Position numbers and translations under genes: made by a program. From NCBI RefSeq assembly GCF_009914755.1, contig NC_060947.1: a DNA stretch of 64,000 nucleotides; one strand, 5' to 3'. Source of the stretch: the human T2T-CHM13v2.0 reference genome, Homo sapiens. Within the stretch, counting starts at the first letter, position 1, and each line of letters starts with the position of its first letter. The notes beneath the pieces are model-generated. The model saw only the letters and a list, made by a program, of their open reading frames with translations, was not told where the DNA came from and ran no database searches. Shown here piece by piece: positions 52,838-64,000 of the stretch.

Positions 52838-52904
52838 CTGAAAATCAAGTGGAAGATAAGAATAAATGTCTGGAGCTAGTATAATGAGATGGAAAACACA
52901 TCTA

Positions 52905-53444
<540 letters not shown>

Positions 53445-53867
53445 TTAAGGATGCAAAGAAATAGTTGAAAAGTGCAAGATGACTGCAGACCCCAGGGAGA
53501 CTGTAGCAGCAGACACACCAAGTTAGTGACCAGTTAGAGTCAAGTCCTCATAGAACCATGTGCAGTACACTTGTAAAGGGAAGACTATGAAAATTAAAAA
53601 GCGAGACTTGGTTTCCTTGGGTGTTTGTAGCCCCCAATCCCTCTAAATAGGTGGACAGAAAACACTAGAAACAGGAATGATACTCAGCACCACTATATAC
53701 AGCAGTGCAGTTCTAACACTTGTTATAATATCGAAATGTGATGTTAAGTAGCTGACACCCCTGCCTACTCTCCCAATTGCCTAGAACCCTCTGCTGGATA
53801 CCACCCATGCCACATTCCAAAATTCAGCTGCTAAAGGGTTAACGCAAGGTGTAAGGGGGACCTCTGA

Positions 53868-54190
<323 letters not shown>

Positions 54191-54339
54191 TTGATTCTAT
54201 GGTGCCTCACTGTTCTAGATGCCAAATATTTTGAATATCACCCCTGACTATAAGCAGTAATTGCCTCAATCATGAAATACAATGGGGACTACAATCACAC
54301 ACAAGAGAATGTTTTTTTCTGCCATCAATTATGATGTAC

Positions 54340-54822
<483 letters not shown>

Positions 54823-55134
54823 TTGTTTTTGTTTTTGTTTTTTTTTTTTTTTGAGACAGAGTCTCACTCTGCCTCCCAGGCTGGAGTACAGTGGTGCCAT
54901 CTTGGCTCACTGCAACCTCCACCTCCTGGGTTCAAGTGATTCTCCTGCCTCAGCCTCCTGAGTAGCTGGGACTACAGGCACGCATCACCATGCCTGGCTA
55001 ATCTTTGTATTTTTAGTAGAGACGGGGTTTCACCATGTTAGCCAGGCTAGTCTCAAACCCCTGACCTCAAGCGATCCGCCCACCTCAGCCTCCCAGAGTG
55101 GTGGGATTATAGGCATGAGCCACAATGTCTGGCC
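54823..55134 (-). mobile_element. Alu (S-type), in tandem with the previous one
   Basis: Reverse dimer; shared outer TSD AAGGTTGG(C/T)AGT. Confidence 0.95.
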
Positions 55135-55326
55135 TCAAGGTTGGTAGTGTAGATTTGGCAGTCCCATCTGTCTCCTCATTCTAAGCAGAATATAGAGTAG
55201 CAACCTGAGAAACCATGATGTACCTGGTACTTGGGAGTAAAAGACTTGGTGATATTAATCATGTGAGCAGCATCTTTATCTTTGGAGGGTCCCCTCTTAC
55301 CACCACTTCAGTTTGCGAAGTCGTAC

Positions 55327-55492
55327 CTTTGAGCCAGAGGGGCCAGCATGTCAGGCGGGGAATGAAGGAGTCTGCTGACTTGGTTGATCATTTCTCCTGC
55401 GAGGTTAGGCTCCAGGCTGCCCAAGGACAGAGCCTTCTCCATCTGCAACACTTGGTTCTCAAGATCAGAAATACTGCTGGTGTTGACGATGT
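55327..55492 (-). CDS. ADGRG2: ADGRG2 exon (166 nt), start of GAIN: DIVNTSSISDLENQVLQMEKALSLGSLEPNLAGEMINQVSRLLHSPPDMLAPLAQR
   Basis: GATATAG|AC acceptor, AG|GTACGA donor; phases match neighbouring exons. Confidence 0.95.
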
Positions 55493-55544
55493 CTATATCA
55501 AAGAGCCAAATCGTGTTATGAACACACAATGGAAAACCCACTAA

Positions 55545-56140
55545 TAAAGATAAACGTACATAGACCCTGTGATATGGCAAACTCACTCCTGGGTATTTGC
55601 CCCAGATAAATACAAACATATGTCTTAGGAAGACTTGTTCATGAATGTTTATAGTGGCCTTTTTCATAATAGTCCCAAACTAGAAACAACCCGAATGTCC
55701 ATGAACTGGAGAATGGATCAACAAACTATGGTACCTCCATACAGTGAAATATTATTCAGCAATAAAAAGGAATTAACTCTAAATACACACAATGGCATGG
55801 GTGGATCTCCAGTTTTCCAATACATTATGCTAAGTGAAAGAAGCCAAACTCAGAAGGCCACATACTAAGTGAGTCTCTTCATATGATATTCTAGAAATAT
55901 CCAAAAACCTGTATGGAAACAGATCAGTGGTGGCCAGGGGCTGGGGGTGAGGGGATTAGGTTTTGACTTCGAAGGGACACAAGGGAACTTTGGGAGTAGT
56001 GGGAAACTTATGTATCTTGATTATGATGGTGGTTACGTGACTGTGGGTGTTTCTAGCTGCACAGAACTGCAAAAATTTGATTTATCCATAAAATTGGATA
56101 CATTTTACTGTATGCAAATTTTACTTCAATAAATCTAAAA
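55545..56140 (+). mobile_element. Old L1M 3' fragment
   Basis: ACTCCTGGGTATTTGCCC...TACATTATGCTAAGTGAAAGAAGCCA...TTATGATGGTGGTTAC...ACTTCAATAAA. Confidence 0.8.
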
Positions 56141-56270
56141 AATATAAAGCACATCAGTGTATTTAGTATATACTCATATAAGCACAAGTATACTTGTATT
56201 TAATTTGTATCATGTGTACAGGATTTTATGTGGATTGCTGGAAGCTCTTTTGTGAAAAAGAGAATATTAT

Positions 56271-56647
<377 letters not shown>

Positions 56648-57224
56648 TTAACAACAGACAACTCTTAATTTCACCACTTAACATCCTATTATTTTGCCTA
56701 TTCCCGTCAAATCTTTATGCATGTGTATTTACACTGTTATAAACATGGTGTGCAAACTATTTGTTGTTGGGCTATTTTCACCTCACATCAAGACTTGAAA
56801 ATGCCCCCAAGTTTCTGTATATTTCTGTTTCTGTTCTAATGACTTACATGGTCGCATAATAGTCATTGTGTTACAGTAGCATATCTTATTTAATCATTCC
56901 TGTCTTCTGGAACCATTACGTTTATTCTAATTTTTAGCTCCTGGGTAACACCTCAATCTGTATCTTTTATGAATATGTCACTTTGCTTCTTGTTGCCCCA
57001 GGAATACATAGGCACCAGAGGCCACCTTGATAGTGTTTTGTGTAGCCTGTTAGGCTGAGTCTAGGGATCACTGGGAATTAGCTTTGGGAAGGTGGGCATC
57101 TTAGGCCCAGGCTAATGAACTTCAATTTTACTGTATTCTTCATCAGCCATTGGACCTTCCTTTGACTACAGCCCCAATGCTTTTCTAATTTGGCTGAAAA
57201 TATTTACATTTATAAAAAATTATT

Positions 57225-57368
57225 GGCTGGGCACAATGGTTCACACCTATAATCCCAACGCTTTGGGAGGTTGAGGTGGGAGGATCACTTGAGCCCAGGA
57301 GTTTAAAACCAGCCTAGGCAACATAGCAAGACCCCAAAGCTACCAAAAAAAAAAAAAAAAAAAGAAAC
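57225..57368 (+). mobile_element. FLAM / Alu monomer
   Basis: Single monomer with polyA. Confidence 0.85.
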
Positions 57369-58199
57369 AATTTAAAAAACTTTACTGAAGAGAGAGCAGT
57401 GCAAATTTGAAGAAATATGAAGTCATTTGGCAGAAGCTCCTCATCTCCTGGTGATGCTGGCACCAGGGTGGAGGAGGTGGGTACCAAAATCAATCTAATG
57501 TCACCAAAAACTTGGCTTTGCCTCCCCCATCCTCCAAATTCTAGAGGAAGACCTGCCTCTTACTCATGGAACTGAAACTTCAGTGTATCCAGATTTCTCT
57601 CAGCTTCTTTCCCTCTTGCCTTTATCTCTGTACCACTAAGCCCACTTTGGACCCTGGAGGCCTTGGCGGTTTCCACAGCATTCTCACGTACACCTTCATT
57701 CTCAGCCTCATGCAGTTAGTGTGATGATTTTGATCCTCGCATAGAACAGGCGGAGGCAGAAGGAGCTTGTTCCAGATTACACTGTCTGCGAGGGCCCGTG
57801 CGGACCCAAGCCTGGGTCTTCACAGTGTTTCTCCCCTCCTACCACTACCTTGGCTCAGTCCCAGCTCTGTCACTCTGTGACTGACTGATTTTCAGACCTG
57901 CCAATTTTTTCTTTTGTCTTCTGTCTAAGCTGAGCTGCTATGTTTAATAGATCAAAAGTTTACTCTTCAGGGTGTTGAAAACAGTGTTCCAACCAACTTT
58001 TGTAGGAGAAAGAAACCTAGAAAATCTCCAACTCCATCAAATGAGATCTGTGCTTGCCCTTTAGAGCTATTTCTCCATTATCTTGGTCAAAACAATGGAA
58101 CTCAGCCACAGCCAAGAAGCAAAGTGACAACTGCATGAAAGATACCGATACCTGGGAGCTAAAAAGTAGAATAAACTTAATGGTTTCAGAAGAGAGGAA

Positions 58200-58231
58200 T
58201 GATTAAATTAGATATTGATTAAATTAGATAT
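58200..58231. repeat. 16-bp tandem duplication
   Basis: TGATTAAATTAGATAT twice. Confidence 0.85.
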
Positions 58232-58399
58232 GCCACCTCAACACAATGACTCTTATGCAACCATGTAAGTCATTAGAACGTTAGAATCCCGAAAGGAAAG
58301 CTCTAGAAATCAAGCGAACATCATACAAAGAAAGGCTCAACATGGTCTTATCATAGATGTCTTGATTGGCAGATTGGCCGCTGTTCAAGTGACATTTAC

Positions 58400-58788
58400 C
58401 TGTCTGGACAGGAGGTGCGCTGGTAGTGTTGACATTCGCAGGGGCAGACACGGTGGGAGAGGAAAATGAGGCTTTCACAGGAGGTGGGGTGCCGGAGACA
58501 TGGGTTTGGGGCATAGGGGAAGAGATCGTTTCAGACTGTGGGGGCATGTCAATGGCAGGGCTGGAAGCTATGGGAGCTGAAGGCTGGGGTGAAAGGGGTT
58601 GAATCTCCCCTATTGGAGAGGGAACATTGTGGGTCACAGGTGAATAATCTGGAGGCTCAGCAAAAGAGGTAGCTTTGGGGACCTGGGAAAGCACAGTGGC
58701 CCGAGGCACCACTGGGATGGATTGGCTGGAAGAAAATGGTGGGCCACGTGGATGGTCAGCAAGACAGACAATGGGATCCTGCAGGTCA
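58400..58788 (-). CDS. ADGRG2: ADGRG2 exon (389 nt), Ser/Thr/Pro-rich mucin-like stalk DLQDPIVCLADHPRGPPFSSSQ...SAPPVQT
   Basis: CTTTAG|T acceptor, G|GTAAAT donor; the next upstream exon is not seen in the window. Confidence 0.95.
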
Positions 58789-59310
58789 CTAAAGGAACAA
58801 ATCAGAGAGATACATGTGAGACACGAATGAGCTACAGAGGGGGCAAGTCTTTCCCCTCTGGCAATCATCTGACACCGTCAAGTTGACGTAGTTACATCAG
58901 GGACATGACACTTCCAGCCTCTGCCATTTCACACCCTCTGTGCACCTGCCACTATCCCCCAGCCCCTGCCCACTTCTACCACCTACTTCCTGGGAGAGGA
59001 ATGGGCAAGGAGAGATGCTCTTCTGTGACTCCCCAGTTCACTGCTGCTCTGTGGCTCTGTGTCTCATGGTCACTCAATTGAGGGAATCTTCTCTGTGCTC
59101 CCGGGTGAGGGGAACTGCGAAATGTCTCGTGACCCAACTGGTTTTCATATACTAGGAATCTGTCTTAATCAACTTTACACTGCTATAGCCTGGCATAGTG
59201 GTAGCTGACCCATGGTAACTGACCAAGAAATGTTGGTTGAATGAAAACAATGAATCAAGCTGGGGCAAAAGAGGTGGTCTACAGCAGCTGTGTCTTCAAG
59301 GTTCCTTTAG

Positions 59311-59790
59311 CTCAGTGGTTCTCAACCTTGGCTGTGCATGAGAACTACCCAGAACATTTTTTTTTGAGACAGAGTCTCACTCGTCACCCAGGCTGGGGTG
59401 CAGTGGCGTGATTTTGGGTCACTGCAACCTCCGCCTCCTGGGTTCAAGTGATTCTCTTGCCTCAGCCTCCTGAGTAGCTGGGACTACAGGCACCTGCCAC
59501 CATGCCCGGCTACTTTTTGTATTTTTAGTAGAGATGGGGTTTTGCTATGTTGGCCAGGCTGGTCTCGAACTCCTGACCTCCGATGATCTGCCCGCCTCAG
59601 CCTCCCAAAGTGCTGGGACTACAGGCGTGAGCCACTGTGCCTGGCCCAGAACACTTTTTAAAACATATGTGTATATAGATTTCTATGGCCCACTCCTCTG
59701 TGTTTGATTCAGCTGGTCTTGGGATGGGGCATATGTATTTTCTAAACTCTCTGGTGATTTTCATGGGCATCAAAGGTGGAGAAGTCCTCA
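59311..59790. mobile_element. MER5-type MITE split by an Alu
   Basis: CAGTGGTTCTCAACCTTGGCTG start; resumes after the Alu. Confidence 0.65.
59357..59646 (-). mobile_element. Alu (S-type)
   Basis: Reverse dimer; TSD CAGAACA. Confidence 0.95.
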
Positions 59791-60151
59791 CCTACTCTCT
59801 GGCACAAGATCCATCAGTCTTGAGAGATCTAGGGAGGAACAACTAGAGGAGGAGCAACAAATTATTACCCAGGGAATATTTACTCAAGGAAGCCTCTGAT
59901 CGATCTAGTGTCAGATGGAGACTTAGAACACCAACAAGAATGTGTTCTTAGAGCTTCTCTAGGGTGAGAAGAGGGAGGAATATTAGGTCAAGGGGCCTAA
60001 AGCAAGTCACATCTATAAAAAGAAAAGCCTGCTTGGTCCAGTCTGGCTGGTCACTTGGCCACAGGCCTCCCTGCATCCCCTGAGGTTCGGGGCAGTGAGG
60101 ATAAAGGGTGTCAGACAGTCAGAAACATCATGAGTCAAAAAGCCTAGACTT

Positions 60152-60515
<364 letters not shown>

Positions 60516-61230
60516 TCAGGCTCCATTCCCTAAACTGTACACTGTAGCAACCCACCTGGCCAAGTTGGGGTAAAGGTGCTTTGCAAAGTATACATTAAAT
60601 TTTCTTCAGCTTATCTGGGGGCCTTCAGAAGGCCCCGTTCACTGGGCTCAACTGTGAAGAGGTTGCCTTCTACTCCTGTCATTTATGCTAGTCAGAGCCC
60701 TCCATCCACTGTGAGGCACACAGGGAAGCGGCAGAGCAGTGGTGGGCAATGCCAGCAGTACATCTGAACCCCTCAGAGTACCTCGGCACCGATGCCTGGG
60801 CTCCCACTCCAAACCAGCTGACCTGGAACCTCTGGCGGTGGGCGCAGTGCCCATTTTAATGCATGGCATTTTAATGTGCTTCTTTACTGCGGTGTAGCCT
60901 GCATAAAGTGTACTAATCTTAGATTTAGAGCTTGACGAATTTTATATATAATCACCACCTAGATCAAAGCAGAGCATTTCCAGCACCCTAGAAGGCCACC
61001 TTGACACATCAGTATGTTTTAAAAATACCCCAGGTATTTCTAATGTACAGTTAAACCTAAGAACCAACATATTAGAAAGACCCTGGGTGGGCATCTAATT
61101 CTAGCCCAGTGGTTCTCGAACTTGGCTGCACATTAGAACCACCCCACCCAGGAGTTTTTAAAAACTGGGAAGCCCAGGCCACATCCTACACCAGTCTCTG
61201 AGGGTGGGAGGCAGGCATCGATGTATTTTT

Positions 61231-61419
61231 GTTTTTATTTTTTATTTTTTATTATTTATTTATTTATTATTATTATACTTTAAGTTTTAGGGTACATGTG
61301 CACAATGTGCAGGTTAGTTACATATGTATACATGTGCCATGCTGGTGCGCTGCACCCACTAACTCGTCATCTAGCATTAGGTATATCTCCCAGTGCTATC
61401 CCTCCCCCCTCCCCCCACC
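61231..61419 (-). mobile_element. Young 5'-truncated L1 (L1PA2-like) 3' end
   Basis: Near-perfect L1 3'UTR with GAG (not ACA) and CTTAAAGTAT; perfect 15-bp TSD CATCGATGTATTTTT (61216-30, 61420-34). Confidence 0.92.
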
Positions 61420-61437
61420 CATCGATGTATTTTTAAA

Positions 61438-61755
<318 letters not shown>

Positions 61756-61829
61756 TAAAACGCTCCAGAGGATTTCAACATGCAGCCAGGATTGAGAACC
61801 ACTAGCACTGCTCTACAGTCTCTATACAG

Positions 61830-61992
61830 ACCCTCGGTGCTCAAAGTGGGGTCCATGAACCAGCAACACTGGCTTCACCTGAGGAGCTTGTCAGAAATGC
61901 AGACTTTCAGGCCCAGGCCTTACTGGATCAGAATCTGCATTTTAACAAGATCCTGAGTGATGGATGTGCACGGTGATATTTGAGAAGTGTTG
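61830..61992. mobile_element. MER5A MITE
   Basis: CTCAAAGTGGGGTCCATGAACCAGCA...ATCAGAATCTGCATTTTAACAAGATCC. Confidence 0.78.
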
Positions 61993-62825
61993 ATCCAGTC
62001 CATTTCCTAATTTTACAGAGCTCTAACTCACTTCTTCATTTGATCTGAGATGCTGAAGGTAAAAAAGCATCTGCTCTGGAACACGGATACACAGCTAGTT
62101 AATGACTGAGCCCTAACTGGACATCAGTTTCACATCCTGACCCCTTTTCTATTCCTGTTTCTTCTTCTTAACCACTAGGGGCAGCCACTAGGGGTCAGTG
62201 GGGCTGCGTCAAAAGAGGGATGCTCTTCTGATCCGATCCCAATGCTTCCAGAAACTCTATCCCCAAAATGGGGCTCAATGCTCCAGCTTAATGGGGCATG
62301 TGAAGCTGAATGGGGCATGTTACTCTTTACTTTCTATTGCAGAAAATCCTGCTACAAATCCTTAACCAAAGACTTTTACCTGTTCCTCAAGGTCCAACGT
62401 TTTAATATTAGTATATCCCAGAAATCTGGCCCACAAAGGGCAGACAGGCTACACTTAGCCTTCTCTTCCCATCTGAGAAGCTACACAGATTTTTTTAAGT
62501 CCTTTTTTTCCAAATACAATTTTTATCTGATTGTAGAAGAATATAGAAAATGCTGCAAAGTAAGAAAGAAAAGAAAAAGTAAAAAAAAAAAACAAACAAA
62601 ACTCATAATGCCAGCAGGCAGGTCACTCATGGGGAACCACAGTGAACATTTTCATTCCTGTCCTCCCTGTTTTTTTCTATGTATACACCTGTGGTCACAT
62701 CATGTGTGACTTTCAGAGTCTTTTGCTGTTTTGGAGCACCCATCTCCCAGTTTCCCTCCATTGGAGCAATGATTTTAAGGCATCAATTCTCAACTTTGGT
62801 TGCACATTAGAATCGCCAGCAGGGC

Positions 62826-63136
62826 TTTTATTTTTATTTTTATTTTTATTTTTTTTGAGACAGCGTGTTGCTCTGTTGCCCAGGCTGGAGTGCAGTGGCA
62901 TGAACATAGCTCACTGCAGCCTTGAGTTCCTGGGCTCAAGTGATTCTCCCACCTCAGACTACAGGCACGTGCCACGATGCCCAGTTTTTTGTTTGTTTGT
63001 TTGTTTGTTTTTTTTTAATTTTTTAGTAGAAATGAGATCTCACCCAGGCTGATCTTGAACTCTTGAGCTCAAGCAGTTCTCCTACCTGGGCCTTCCAAAG
63101 TGCTGAGATTACAGGCGTGAGCTACCTTGCCTGGTC
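62826..63136 (-). mobile_element. Alu (J-type) inside a MER5-type fragment
   Basis: Diverged reverse dimer with an internal deletion. Confidence 0.88.
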
Positions 63137-63563
63137 CAGAAGGGCCTTAATGCCTAGGCTATATCCCAGGCCAATTAAATCAGAATCTCTGAGCCTGGTG
63201 ACTGGGAATCAGTATTTTTTTTTAACTTTTTATTGGAACTAATTTTAGGTTTACAGAAATACTATAAAAACAATACAAACAGCTCTGTATACCTCCCACG
63301 CAGCTTGGTCACCCAGTGTTAACATCTAACATCCAGAATTAGACCCAAATGTCTATCAAAATTTAGTATAAGACAAAGGTGACATCTCAGATCACTGGGG
63401 AAAAGATGAACTTTTTCGTATTTAACTACATAAAATTGTTTCAAAATTTCCATGACAAAAAACATGATAAAGTCAAAAGACAACTAAAATACTGGGAGAA
63501 AATATTTGCAACATATACCATAGATATGCATATAAAGAGCTAATATGCACAATATATGAAGTA

Positions 63564-63857
63564 CTTTTTTTTTTGAGACGGAGTCTTGCACTTTCACCCA
63601 GGCTGGAGAGCAGTGGCGCAACCTCGGCTCACTGCAAGCTCCGCCTCCCAGGTTCATGCCATTCTCCTGCCTCAGCCTCCTGAGTAGCTGGGACTACAGG
63701 CGCCCGCCACCATGCCCGGCTAATTTTTTTTTGTATTTTTAGTAGAGCTGGGGTTTCACCGTGTTAGCCGGGATGGTCTCGATCTCCTGACCTCGTGATC
63801 CGCCCACCTTGGCCTCCCAAAGTGCTGGGATTACAGGCGTAAGCCACCGTGCCCGGC
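63564..63857 (-). mobile_element. AluY within an old L1 fragment
   Basis: Y diagnostics GCAAGCTCCGCC and CCGTGTTAGCCGGGATGGTCTCGATC; CpG-rich; TSD AAGTACT. Confidence 0.92.
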
Positions 63858-64000
63858 TAAAGTACTCTTAAATAATGGATCAGATATCAATTAGAAAAAA
63901 TACAGAAAAGACATGTACATGTAATTCACAAAAAGATACAAAACAGCCCCCAAATATATGAAAAAATGTTCAGACTCTGCCTTAGTAAGGAAATGTTGAT

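Noticed and set aside
58281-58868. 195-aa ORF as a standalone gene
   Set aside because: It is the ADGRG2 stalk exon plus intronic read-through; splice sites define 58400-58788
62242-62709. 155-aa ATG-started plus-strand ORF antisense in an ADGRG2 intron
   Set aside because: Low-complexity Lys run comes from an A tract; no domain, promoter or splice support

Overview
Primate (human) genomic DNA, recognisable from its protein sequences as the Xp22.13 PHKA2/ADGRG2 locus. Both genes are on the minus strand, in tandem. Positions ~34021-64000 hold the 3' part of ADGRG2 (GPR64/HE6, an adhesion GPCR). I traced 14 coding exons by hand; all have canonical GT-AG borders and matching phases, totalling 2344 coding nt (mucin-like stalk, GAIN/GPS, 7TM, C-tail). 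A ~1.55 kb 3'UTR follows, with AATAAA at 34041-34046. About 5 kb further on are a CpG-island promoter and exon 1 of PHKA2 (78 coding nt, [26 protein letters not shown]); 1-28568 is PHKA2 intron 1, and exon 2 is not seen in the window. The rest is transposon-derived: about 38 Alus, old L1/L2/MIR, MaLR LTRs, a HERV-K LTR5B-like solo LTR, and Charlie1, Tigger1, MER44, MER20, MER5, MER91 and MADE1 DNA elements. Most ORF-track entries are spurious Alu or repeat ORFs. I found no convincing undescribed biological system. The best second-look items are: a degenerate triplication of the PHKA2 promoter with a divergent splice donor, retroelements inserted into ADGRG2 3' splice-site regions, a three-layer nested insertion, a 3'UTR stretch that re-encodes a TM7 peptide, and a locally templated 27-bp copy beside an AT scramble. 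Repeat subfamily names come from remembered consensus sequences, and repeat borders are approximate unless TSDs are given.
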